A stretch of 64,000 nucleotides of DNA from Azolla caroliniana (Eukaryota; Plantae; Polypodiophyta): assembly GCA_043228905.1 (NCBI GenBank), contig JBHGNT010000001.1, forward strand, positions 12,028,001 through 12,092,000. The letters run 5' to 3'. The notes below the pieces were generated by a model that searched no databases, was not told the DNA's origin, and saw only the letters and a list, made by a program, of their open reading frames with translations. A program made the position numbers and the translations under genes. This document shows, in pieces, positions 21,801 to 33,610 of the stretch (position 1 is its first letter; the number at the start of each line of letters is the position of its first letter).

Positions 21801-23931
21801 TCACTAGCCTCATCCTCTGGTATCGGGTCGGGGTTGGAAGTTGGAGCCGATAAGGCATACCATGATGTCGTCTCATCAAACTCAACATCCCGGCTAACTC
21901 GGACCTGCTTCATTTGGGGGTTATAGCATTTATAACCCTTTTGCTCATGCGAGTAACCGACCAGGATGCATTTCTCTGACTTTGCATCCAACTTCCTCTA
22001 CTTCTCTTCCGGCACATGCACATATGCAATGCTACCGAATATCCGAAGGTGTCTCAAATTCGGCTTGCGTCTGAAATATAGCTCATGCGTGAACACCTTG
22101 TCACCAATCCGGTTTTGGATATAGACAGTCGTTCGGACCACCTCAGCCCACTAGAAATGGGCCATGCTCTTCTCCTGCAACATTGCCCTTGCCGCGTCGA
22201 CAATCGACCAGTTCTTCCTTTCGGCCACACCGTTTTGCTCCGGTGTGTATCTATAGTTGAACTCTCTCCGAATTCCTTTTTGCTGTAGATAACTGTTGAA
22301 TTGGCCGAAAAAATATTCTTTTCCACCATCCGACCGCATGCACTTGATCTTCCTCTCCGTTTCCCGTTCAACCAGGCTTTACAGGTTCCGGAAACACTCG
22401 AAGACTTCGCTCTTCCACTCAATGAGGTAGATCCATGTATGCCGGCTATAGTTGTCGATGAAGGAGACGAAATACCGACTTCCACCAAGACTAACATTTT
22501 GTGACGATCCCCAGACATCCGAATGAATAAGGTCGAGCTTGTTACGGCTCTGGTTTCGTTCGGTGGAGAATGGAAGCCGGTGTTGCTTCCCGAGTTGGCA
22601 GGCTTCACATATTTGGGCCTTCCGGCCACTGAACTTTGGCAAAACCGAAAATAGCTTGTTTTGTTTGCAGGTCTTGAAGCCTCCGGTAATTGACGTGGCC
22701 GATCCACTTATGCTAGAGATCAATATCTGATTCAATCTTCTATCCTTTGGCGAACAAAGTGGTGCCGACGTCATTGGTGTCGAGGATGAACATCCTCCCT
22801 TCTCTGTGCCCTTGCGCAATAATCTGGTCCTCTTCCTTGATGAAGCACCCAAGGTGCGTAAACCGCACCTGCATCCCCTGGTCGACTATCTGTCCAACCG
22901 ACACCAAGTTCTTCGTGATGGTCGGAACATGTAATACGTTCATCAGCTTCCCCCTCTGTCCGACGTGGCTCAAAGGGACTTCTCCGACATGCACGATTGG
23001 GTGTGGAGTGTCGTTTCCGATTTCGACAACTCCTGGTTGTTCCGGTTTCTCCAAGAAGGAGAACCACTCTTTGTGGGTCATCATGTGATTCGACACACCG
23101 GAATCAACGTACCGCACTTCCTTCGATTCAGAAGTGGTCTTCTTCATCGAGTTAGCCTCGTGTTTCATCACCAAGGCTGGCCCTTTACTAGCTTTTCCGG
23201 TTTCAGATCCTCCCGATCCTTCTGCGTAGTGCGAGTATTGCCGGTTCTCTCTACAAGCCTTGTCGGATCTAGATCTGTCCAAATCGGTGCGCTTCTTCCA
23301 GCACTCGCTTTCTTTGTGGCCCTTTTTGCGAGCCGACCCGCCTCGTCCACCACGCCCACAGGGCCGATCCGCCTCCGTGTACAACATCCGGTTGTCGGTA
23401 GGTGCACTTGTTGACGCACCGGTGTGGTTCTCCTCCACAAGGAGCATCGACTGTAAGTCGAAAAATGATGGCGTATTCTCCCGTGTACACACAACAGTTC
23501 GAAACGTTTACATCGATAGAGGCTAAGGAGTCCCATATCTCTTGGATCTTCGAGGTGTAATCAACCATCGACAAGTCGCGTTGTCGTAAGTTGCTCAACT
23601 CCTGTCGGAGTTGAAGCTTCCTGGTTGTGGTGTTTGCGGCGAAAATCTTCTTCAGATTTCGCCAAGCATCCTTTGGCATTTTCACATCCCGAATATAGCT
23701 CAGAAGCTGTTCACCCACATAAGATGTGAAGCAGTACAGTACTTTGCTCACCGAGTGTTCCCACACCGGGAAATCTCTGTGTGTCGATTCGGGTGTTGTG
23801 TCATTTGCTCCATCGACATAGCTCCAGTAACCATGCCCGAGCAGGTACTGGTGCATCTTGTAGGACCAAGATGCGTAGTTGTTTCTGTCGAGCTTCTCGG
23901 TAGGAAGCGAGCTAGCCATGCCTCTATCCAT
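18869..23931 (-). pseudogene. copia polyprotein of element F, fragmented
   Basis: ORFs 23269..24003, 22740..23492, 22379..22852, 21548..21991, 19901..20350 and 18869..19300 follow copia domain order. Confidence 0.9.
20818..21581. mobile_element. AT-rich solo LTR G (764 bp) inserted in element F
   Basis: TGTCGT...ACGACA termini and a 4-bp TSD ACAT/ACGT. The host frame MPEYETGNV|ESDWGESD is restored on removal. Contains three GTGGGATTC motifs. Confidence 0.75.
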
Positions 23932-25803
23932 TTTGTTTTTCCTATTCTTCTTGGTTGGTTTTCTTTTCAAGCTATGTCGGCTGCAGTGGATCTCAACCCT
24001 CACGCTCTAATACCATGTAAAAGAATACGTTGTGCGGAAGCAATAGAAAGAAAACCGAAACGCACATTTAATGGAGAGCTTAGAATATACACAGTACGCG
24101 GGAGAGACTGAGACTGAGAGAGAGAGCACACAGAAACTCTATTAAAAAATAATACTCAATCTGTACATCGTATGTGTCCAGTGAACACTTTTATACAAGT
24201 CCATACGAACTGACAGAAGTACGGTGTACTTCAATGCTCACTCGAGCGTTTGACACTAAATACGAGACTATTAACTACCTAGTAGTCTAGGCTACTAATA
24301 GTCTTCCGGTTACTGTTTGGTCTAGCTAACCGGCTCCCCAACTCCCCAACTCAATTACTCGCCGACTTGCCGATTCGTCTCACCGATCCGGCTTCATCCT
24401 TCTGGACGTCGATCCGGCTCAGGCTTATTCAGCCGATCTGGATCCGGTTGAGCTTGCCGCTCAATAATATACACTAGCATGAATATATATTACAAGAATT
24501 TTATAACAAGACGGTTACATGCCCCAAATCCGGTGGCTATTACAAACAATCGGCTAATACAACAAGTTAAGAATGGGGAACCGGTGAAGGCGAATCAAGT
24601 GGGCCGCCGGAACTGCGACGTCCATTGTTGGTCACGCCCCGAAGACGATGGACTGTTCTCATGCCACTTCGCCCTCCCTTCTCGAACCGGCTGCCATGCG
24701 AAACGCTCTCCATCAAGGAGAGGAAACCGAACCTGCAAGTGCCGCCACCGGAATGCCGAAGAGCCGCCGTTGTACAAACCCCAAACCAAAATACTGACTC
24801 GACCAAGAAGAAGGTAAAAACCCAAAACCCCCAAGCTTATGAAACCTAGATCACATAAAGAAACCCGAAACCCTAAATCCCCCATAATCTCTCACAAGAT
24901 GAAGAACAAGACGAAGTACTAAACCTCCACTCAAGAAGAAGGAATCAAACCCATAAGACAAAGAAGAAGAAGACCCAAAATGAAACCCTAAACGAAATAG
25001 GGAGGAAGACCAAAGTAGAAACCCTACGAATAAGATGAAGAGGAAGAACACTACCAAACCCTAAATCTAAGGGTACACCCTCCTAACTCAAAAATGGGAA
25101 ACCCCTTTACAAAGGGCGCTCCCTTCCTTTAATAGAACAAGGACAAGGATGCATAACAATGTGGGATAAATCCCTTATTACATGCGATCCTTTGTCTCGA
25201 GTTAACTGCTCTTCGGCTGGCGCCCCTATCATTTACATGATTTGTACAAGGGTGAGTGCACATGCTCCACCCCGAAGATTCTTCCGATATTCCCCGGTTT
25301 CTCACCATGGCCCGGAATCTTCACGATAATGTAGAAGGCCAAAGAGGGATCCTCCACACTGGTTCCAGAGACCTTGGTAGTTCGGCCGTCGTGGCAACAT
25401 CAAACCAAGGAGAAGGTAGGTGGCGGTGAGGGGACGAAGGCGGTGGAGATCAGCGCGGAATGAGAATCGCAACGAGACGGAGGCCAAGCGGGCCATCACG
25501 GGTGCTCCTCGAACGGAGGACACCACGTATCCGAAGGAACGAGAAGCGTGAATGCGGTCGAAAGAAGGGCCAATGGGGAAGCACACGCACTACGGGATTG
25601 TAGCGAATGACCTATCGACGGGTCGAACGAGCCTACGGAGAGGCAAGCACGGAGAAGGAACCAGAGCCGACGGTTCGAACTGGCAAGGCCAACGCGGCAG
25701 CCGGAATGCGGATTACGGAAGACTGGTTCCTCACCGGCTGGAATCTCTCACCCTTCTCCGAACTTGGCACGTACCGGTGGACGTGCGGTTTGGTGGGGGC
25801 GGA

Positions 25804-26689
25804 TGTAGTGAAGATTCTGGGCCATGGTGAGAAACCGAGGAATGTCGGAAGAATTGGTGGGGTGGAGCATGTGCACTCACCCTTGAACAAAGGGTGTAGG
25901 TAATAGGGGTACCTTTATGGTGTCGAGTAGGAGTTAAGTTGGGACAGAGAATCCCATGTAAATCGGGATTTATCCCACATTGTTATGCATCCTTCTCCTT
26001 GTTCTATAAAAGGAAGGGAGGGTCCCTTGTAGAGGGGTTGCCCATTTTGAGTTAGGAGGATATACCGTTAGATTTAGTGTTTGGTAATTCTTGGTCTTCA
26101 TCTTTCTCTTATTCCCTTAGGGTTTGTACTTTGGTCTTTTCACCCTATTTCATTTGGGGTTTCATCTTGGCAACTTCCTTCTTCGTCTTCTTCTTCTTGT
26201 TCGTGTCTGTTTAGGGTTAAGTCCAGTGAAGAGCTTGTATGTTTAGAGGGGTTTGCTTCTGCTCGGTCTCCTGTGCAAGACCCCGCTCGGTGTGACAAGC
26301 CCGAGAACTCCCCGATCAGCGGCTTGGAAGTAGACGACTATTGTAACCTAACCTACCTTGGTCCGGCTCGAAGCCGGAGTTGTACCTGGCTCTTGTAATT
26401 ATATATATAAAAGGTTGTGCATATTTGTGTTTTTGTTGGTGTCGGATGTGTTTCTTTCCCTTTGTTTCTTGTACATAAGAGGCGTGTGTTGAGTCGGTGT
26501 TGCACGTGTAGTCTCTCTCTCTCTCGTGTTCGGAAGCCGCCGGTACGCGTCCACAAACGCTCCGGTTTGCGCCACAACCGGTACAGTCGGGACTGGTGAG
26601 AACTCGTCTTCTCGACACCCATCTCTTCCTCATCCAAGACCCCCGTGGTCCCGCCCCCTTTCGAGACGTACTCACGGATTACCGCGACT
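25804..26689 (+). repeat. 3' LTR of element B
   Basis: Direct repeat of 1049-1926 with many substitutions and indels. Confidence 0.85.
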
Positions 26690-26693
26690 CCGG

Positions 26694-29600
26694 CGACGAC
26701 ACCCAACATACCATTGAACATGTCGGTGAAGTTCCCTTAAACCACATCGGACAAAAAGGGAAGTTGACGAACATCTTGCACGTCCCGATAAAAACGAGGA
26801 ACCTGGTGTCAGTCGTACAGATTATCGACCAGGGGATGCAGGTTTGGTTCACACACCTCAGATGCTTCATCCAAGAAAGGGAAAAGTTGTCGCACAAGGG
26901 CACCAAGAAAGGAGGATGTTCATCCTCAAAACGAACGAAGTCGGAACCGCGATGTTTGCAAAAGGGCAAAAGGTCGAGTCGGACATCGACCTATGGCATA
27001 AGCGGTTCAGTCATGTCAACTTCCTACGGCTTCGAGAAATGCAGATGAAGAATTTGTTTTCGGATTACCAAAATTTAGTGGCCGCAACGACCAAGTGAAG
27101 CCTGCCAGCTTAGGGAAGTAGCACCGATTTCTATTCCCCAAGGAGTGAAATCGGAGTCAGAACCGGCTTGATTTGATCCAATCGGATATCTGGGGACCGG
27201 CACAAAACGTGAGCATCGGAGGAAGCCGTTACGTTGTAACCTTCAATGATGACTACACTCGGCGCACTTGGGTGTGCTTGATCGCGAAGAAGAACGAAGT
27301 TTTCGCTTGCTTCCTAAAGGTGAAGAGCCTTGCCGAACCAGAAATCGGCAGAAAAATCAAGTGCCTGAGGTCCGTTGTTGGTAAAGAGCACTTTTCTGAC
27401 CAGTTCTCGAGTTATCTACAGAAGGAAAGAATTTAGAGAGAATTCTCTTGTAGATACATACCGGAGTAGAACAGTGTGGCCGAGCAAAGGAATCAAACTA
27501 TAGAGGAGGCGGCACAGGCGATGCTCAAAGAGAAGCATTTGCCGAAGTTTTACTAGGCCGAAGCGGTCCGAACGGCCATCTACCTGTAGAATCAGGCATC
27601 TAGGAGTGGAGGAGTGTCACCACATGAGCTATATTTCAGGAAGAAACTGAATCTGGGACATTTTAGGATGTTCGACAACATTGACTATGTGCATGTGCCG
27701 AAGGAGAAGTAGAGGAAGGTAGACACGAAAGCCGAGAAGTGCATTCTCTTCGGCTACTGGGACAAGCAGATGTTGGGAAATCGTTCTCTCCGGATGGGAT
27801 CCGGTGATGAATAAAGAGGACCCGGTGAGAACTGGAAGAGAGCCAGTGAGAACCGGACGAGATCTGGAAACCGGATCGGTGGACCCGGTGAGAACCGCAA
27901 GAGAAGACAGATTTGTAAATATGTCTTGAATAAGCCCATTGAGGCTATATTTGTAAATATCCCTAAGTTAATATAACTATAAATATGACTTAGGGCAATC
28001 ACTTTTGTTATGGTGATTGTGATTGTGGTGTTGTCATATTGCTGTAACTGTTGTACAAAGTGAGAGGGAGAGAGAGAGAGAGAGAGAGAGTGAGAGTGAG
28101 TGATACTCTGTTGTAACCGCCACTATGCAAAGAAACAGAGCTCGAGGTCGTTTCCTTCGAGTCTCTGATTGTACCCGTTCTCTTCATAGTGAAAATTCAG
28201 AGTCTGTGGGCTCCCGTGGTTTTTCCCCATTAGGGTTTTCCACGTAAACATCCCGTGTCATTTTTCTTGTGTACTCTCCATTTCCCATTTCTATGTTTGA
28301 TTCTTATAGAAGAGACTTACTACTCGATTGTGGCCGAGCGATATTCCGTGCATTTCTCTACAATAGAAGGGTTATAAGTTTTATAACCCCCGAACCAAAC
28401 AGGTTCGGGTCAGTCGAGATGTGGTGTTCGATGAGTCGGCATCATGGTACTTGCCCTCGTCTCCAACCTCCGACAACTCCATTCCAATCTCTGAGGACGA
28501 TGTTAGTAAGCCCGAAATGCCTCAGGACGAAGAAGAAATCAGACCTCTAGGAGAGAGTCTGATCTCATTCCGGTTAAGTGGGCCGAATGAGGGATTGAGT
28601 CAGAACGACCAGTCGGATGAGGAGCCGGCGAGTAGTGGAGACCCGACCGTGCAATCCCCGTGTCAGAATTTGAGGAAACGGCTTATACGCAAGGAGAAAG
28701 GGAAGAAGAAGATGTCGGAATACGGCACAGACAAGGAAGAGTCGGATCAGAATGAATTTGACTCTGGAAAAGAGGTCGGAGTCGACCAAGAGGGCCATTA
28801 AATCGATAGAGCAAAAATTGTGTCGGTCTACGGATACAACAAATACACGGCGCATCACTATGCATACATCACGAAGGTGACAGAAGTGCGTGAGCCGGAG
28901 AGCTACGCAGAAATGGCAAAGGACATAAACTGGCGTGCCACTATGGAGGAAGAGATGCACACTCTCGCGGAGAATGAAACATGGGACCTTGTTGACACAC
29001 CGAAGGATGTGAAGCTGATCGGATGCAGGTGGGTGTACAAGGTCAAGTACAACGCCGATGGCTCCGTCAACCGATACAAGGCTTGGTTAGTGGCCTATGG
29101 CTATGTGCAACAACACGACATCGACTATGATGATACTTTTGTGTCGGTCGCGAAGATGACGATCGTTCGTGTCTTGCTCACGGTAGCTGCGGCAAAGGCG
29201 TGACACTTACATCAAATGGATGTAAATCCTGCAAGGTGAGCTTGAGGAACATGTGTGCATGGTACAACCCCCCGGATTTTAGTCTAGAATGAACACATCG
29301 GTTGTTTGCCGACTGAAGAAGTCCCTCTACAGATTAAAGCAAGCCTTGCGTGCTTAGAACACAAAGATCACGCACTGGGGTTTACCACGTCGAAATCGGA
29401 GTCTTCACTTTTCATCCGGCAAGGTCAGAGTGGGTTGCTTAGTATTTTACTTTGCGTTGATGATTTAGTCATTGCTAGTGCCGACCAAGAAGAAATTGGT
29501 CGCGCAAAGCCTCAACTTACAACATCATTTGAAATGAAGGATTTGGGGGACCTTCATTAATTCCACGCGATCGAAGGGATCCATACCCCCGAAAGCATAC

Positions 29601-29870
29601 CAATCAGCCAACGAGATTACATATTGACTATGCTCTTCAGGTTCGGTATGACGAAGTGCATGTCTGTCTCAACTCCTCTAGATAGGAATGTGAAGCTTCA
29701 CCCTGACTATGGAAAGAAATGCGACTCAAAAAGGTTCTAACTGATAGTCGGAAGCCTTATATATTTGAACATCACTCAGCCGGACCTCAACTATCTAGTC
29801 GGCTTGATTAGTCACTTCATGGCGCATCCGACCATGGAACAACTTTGGTGCATGCAATGAATACTCAAGT
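26694..29870 (+). pseudogene. pol: copia PR/INT/RT remnants of element A
   Basis: LWHKRFSH, IQSDIWGP, ENETWDLV, CRWVYKVKY, LCVDD and FEMKDLG are present, with many stops. Confidence 0.88.
27771..28362 (+). mobile_element. Solo LTR H of a Tork/Tnt1-like copia family
   Basis: TGTTGGGAAA...CTACA shares CCCGTGGTTTTTCCC..AGGGTTTTCCACG and TTGTGGCC motifs with LTR 49214-49891. Degenerate TSD GCAGA/ATAGA. The host frame DKQ|KGYK is restored on removal. Confidence 0.8.
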
Positions 29871-30490
29871 ATGAAGAAGAAGAAGAAGTCCGGAAATCTG
29901 AATTAGATGAAGAATTCGACTTCAAGATGGTTGAAGAAGCCAAGGGCGGATATAGGGGGAGCGACCAAAGGAACGAGCCTAAGCCGAAGCTAAGTGAACA
30001 AGGGGGGTGAAAAGCCAAGAACGACAGGAAGGCCATGACCAAGACATGATCAGATATGGTCAAGGGTCTCGAAGAAGCCGAATTGGAGACAATCGATTCG
30101 TAAGAGGTGTTCAATTCGGAGGAGCCGAATCAACTGAAGGCCAAACGGACGAGAAGGCAGCGGAAGTCAACACTGACATGGAGGAGCCGACAGGTCGAGA
30201 AGCACAGAAGTCATATCAGTGAAGGAGCTTAGATGGGCCTTATGAGTAGACAAGACGAACAAGAAGGTCGAGGTGCGTGGAACCGAACGGGTCGTGGAAA
30301 GCCGGATCGGACGGGACGAGGAGCGCGAGCAAGGCGGGAAGATGCCAAGAGGAGCCGGAGGAAAGAACCGATGGACACTGGCACTACAATCTGACCTCAA
30401 GTTGAGCTTGATGGGGAGTGTTGAGCGAGCAAGCTCAACATGATCAGGATCGGCTAAATAAGCCAAGGGCCGGATCGGTGTCTGAAACAG

Positions 30491-33400
30491 TGTCGCGGTA
30501 TTCCGCGAGTACGTGTAAGATCTTAGGTGGGACCGTGGGGGTCTTGGACTAGGGAGTAGAGGGAGAATGGAAGCTTAGCTCGAGAGGAGAGGAGAAAGAA
30601 TAGGACATAAACATAGAATGGATGGAGGTTGGATACACAAACAAGTTATATTAAGAAACACCAAACACTTTACAACCATGGCCGCATAGGCCAAACGAAA
30701 ACACTGTATGGAACCCTAACCAGATAAGTAAAGAAAAGAAGATGATGAAGAAGATACCCTAAGCGAAACCCTAAACCCGAAATGGTATAAAGAAGAAGAA
30801 GAATAGTAAAACCGTAGAGGAAACCCTAAAACTAAAATAGAAACCCTCGACCTAAGTGGTATACCTCTCTCACTCAAAATAGGCAAACCCTTAATAAGAG
30901 ACCCCTCTCTTCGTTTTATAGCCCAAGGAGGGAGGGACGTTACAATGTGGGATAAATTCTCCCCCTTATTCTATACACCATTTTCCTACTATACATGGGC
31001 ACATGTTGCACATTGCCTACTTGTCCATTCCATCCCGGTTCACACCAAAGCCAGAAATCTTCACGACATTCACCCCCACCAAACCGCACATCCACCGGTA
31101 TGTGCCATGAAAGGTAAAGGTGAGAGATTTCGGTGAAGGTGATCAACCTGGTCCTCCGCCGTCCCGGCACCCGACCGCCTTGCCGGCTCCTACCGACCCT
31201 GATCCGTCGGCTCCATCTGGTCCGCCATATTTGACGCTCACACTTTCCCCGATCGGTCCTCCCGAACACCTTTGTCGATCCAGTCGCTCCTCCTTTGTCC
31301 ACCGCGTATGCCCTCCAAATAGGCCCCCGGTCACTCCGGTTGTATGCCGGATTCCGCGCCTCACGTGTCGCGTGTGTCCCTCCTTTGGTTCGACCATCTC
31401 CTCGTCCTGAGCACCTCGGCGTGCCATCTCTCTCTATTCCTTCCTTGCCTTCCGTAGGCTCTTCCCGTGCATCGATGTCGTCCTCCGAATACGCGCTCGT
31501 TCTTCGGTCCTTAGGTGACCCCATTACGCGCTCCTCGCTTCTCCCTTCCTCGCCGTGCTCTCTCGCGGTAGAGCGTACCGTCATCCCAACCTTCATGTCG
31601 GGGTCCTTCGTGGCTCTCGATACCGCTTCATCCCGACTTCCATCCTCTTGGCCCGCTTGGCCTCACATGTCCTCCGAGACACCGCGTTTTCTCTTCCCGG
31701 TGTGTAGCCCTTTTCTCTCTGCGCACCATCCTCCGCTCTCGCCGTTCATCTGCCGATCCCAGCAACTCACCACTCCGCCTTCCGTCCCATGCTTGCCTCT
31801 CAAAGGCTCGACTGGACCGCTATCACCGGTCACTCGTTGCCGCTTTTCCGGGTGCGTTCTTGTTTCTTGGCCCATCGTCGGTCGTAATGCATGCTATGTT
31901 TCATGCCCTTCACTCGCCGTAGTCCCGACCTCCGCGTAGGCCTCTTTGTCCTTTGTCCTCGTAGTCCTTTCCGGCTCCGTTTGGCCCTCTTGGCCCCACT
32001 CGTCCATCTTTCCACACCAGATACCTGTTTCGGTAACCTCGTCCACTCCAGCCTCCGACTCCTCGCCACCACCCATCGTCTCTCCGGTCTTACATTGATC
32101 CGCAATTGCTGTCGGGTGGCGGGTTACACTTGTTTCCAGTCTTCCATTGGACTATAGTCGTCACGCCCGCTTGGCCTCCTTCTCGCGCTCACCAGATCCC
32201 ACCATGTGTCGTGGCTTGTGTACCTCGACCTCCAATCATGCCGGCATAGCCCTTGCCCGGATCGGTCTCGGTCGATCGGGTTCCGGCTCGGTCGGCTCTC
32301 TTCCATGATCGTAACTGGCTGGTACGGTGTCGCGGTACTCCGCAAGTACGTGTAAGATCTTAGGCGGGACCGCGGGGGTCTTGGACTAGGGAGTAGAGGG
32401 GGAATGGAAGCTTAGCTCGAGAGGAGAGGAGAAAGAATAGGACATAAACATAGAATGGATGGAGGCAAGATACACAAACGAGTTATATTAAGAAACACTA
32501 AATGCTTTACAACCATGGCCGCATAGGCCGAATGAAAACACTATATGGAACCCTAACCGGATAAGTAAAGTAAAGAAGATGATGAAGAAGAAACCCTAAA
32601 CCCTGAAATGGTATGAAGAAGAAGAAGAATAGTAAAACCCTTGACGAAACCCTAAAACCGAAATAGAAACCCTCGACCTAAGTGGTATACCTCTCTCACT
32701 CAAAATAGGCAACCCTTTGACAAGAGACCCCTCCCTTCCTTTTATAACCCAAGGAGGGAGGGAAGTTAGAATGTGGAATAAATTCTCCCCCTTATTCTAT
32801 ACATCATTTTCCTACTATACATGTGCACATGTTGCACATTGACTACTTGCCCATTCCATCCCGATTTCACACCAAAGCTGGAAATTTTCACGACAACGGG
32901 TTCGACCGAACAATCCCGACCTTGCCGGCTCTTCTTCAGTTCGGGCCCGGTTGACCCGCCCCTGTTCCAATCTTCTTCCGCGTCATCTTCCGGTCATGTC
33001 ACATTACCGACTGGTTCGTCTTCCGGTCGGGTGGGTTCCCGGCTCTCTCCTCTTTGCCGCTCCCGGCCTCCCTTTCGGTCCTTCCGCACGTGCCCGCTCC
33101 GGGCCTCACATCCTCCCGGCTACTACCCATCTCTCCGGTCTTATGTTGGTACGCAACCGCCCAAGTCTCTGGCCCCGGTGTCGAGGGATCTCTCCTCCGT
33201 TCGCTACAATCTTCCTCGTTCTCGTTTCGGTCACCCGCCTTGCCGCCGCCACCGTCCGTCATTCTAGGTCTCACGCTGGCTCTCGGGCCAACCGCCGGAG
33301 TCTCTAGAACCGGTGTGGGTAATGTCACGGCACCGCCGCTCGTCATGTCCGTAGTCACCTCCTTCTCCTTGTCGTCCTCTTGGTTGCCCGCCTTTCCGCT

Positions 33401-33610
33401 GCCACCGTCCGTCACTCTAGGCCTTATGCTAGCTCTCGGGCCAGCTGCCGGTGTGGGTAAGGTCCCGGCACCGTCGCTCGTCATGTCCGTAACCACCTCT
33501 GCCCGGACATCGTTGTCTACGGCTACCCCCTCCTTGATTACGCAAGCCTCAATTACGCTTGCCTCCTCCTCTCTTGATGTTTCGGGCCACCGTGTCCCGA
33601 ATCCTCCGTC
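30491..33610 (-). mobile_element. 3' half of Trp-group element I (3' LTR 30491-31068 plus GC-rich internal region)
   Basis: LTR TGTCGC...ACGACA. Minus-strand PPT GGTGGGGGTGAA at 31080-31069, preceded by the same GGCACRTACCGGTGGAYGTG motif as in B and N. The 5' part is lost. Confidence 0.75.
32328..32895 (-). mobile_element. Solo LTR J, same family as the 30491-31068 LTR, inserted in its own family's internal region
   Basis: Flanked by a perfect ACGG/ACGG duplication, with no adjacent PBS or PPT. Confidence 0.8.

Larger units (their letters stand above)
18002..24466 (-). mobile_element. Degenerate full-length Ty1/copia element F
   Basis: LTRs 18002-18447 and 24016-24466. TSD ATATA. PBS TGGTATTAGAGC at 24015-24004 and PPT at 18448-18456. 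Gag-PR-INT-RT-RH fragments (YVDSGVSNH, HSDVWG, YVDD, YCDN, TKHIEVHYH). Confidence 0.93.
12023..25328 (-). mobile_element. Solo LTR D (about 1.06 kb, Trp-primed group) in three pieces: 12023-12041, 17816-18001, 24472-25328
   Basis: Both ends are reverse complements of element B LTR ends (TGTCGCAGTATTCCGC... and ...CCATGGCCCGGAATCTTCACGATA). TSD ACGT/ATGT. Interrupted by elements E and F. Confidence 0.8.
1049..26689 (+). mobile_element. tRNA-Trp-primed, gag-only (non-autonomous) gypsy-type LTR element B, carrying nested inserts
   Basis: LTRs 1049-1926 and 25804-26689. TSD CCGG at 1045-1048 and 26690-26693. PBS at 1931-1948 and PPT GGTGGGGGCGGA at 25792-25803. Confidence 0.85.
1..30490 (+). mobile_element. 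Degenerate Ty1/copia element A, outermost host of the left nest (5' end outside window, 3' LTR truncated)
   Basis: Gag (EKLYRSSYASWSYKMHQYLLGHGYW) and protease (YVDSGASNH) at 1-1048. The frame resumes after the insertion at 26694 (VVETG|DDTQHTIEHVGEVP). Integrase at about 26990-27770, RT at about 28950-29870, RNase H deleted. PPT at about 30409-30418 and an LTR start TGTTGAGCG at 30419. Confidence 0.85.

Noticed and set aside
30491-32895. The two similar LTRs (30491-31068, 32328-32895) as one small complete element
   Set aside because: There is no PBS next to the second LTR, it has its own perfect ACGG/ACGG TSD, and the same internal sequence continues past 32899. A solo LTR inserted into a relative fits better, although ACAG/ACGG leaves slight ambiguity.
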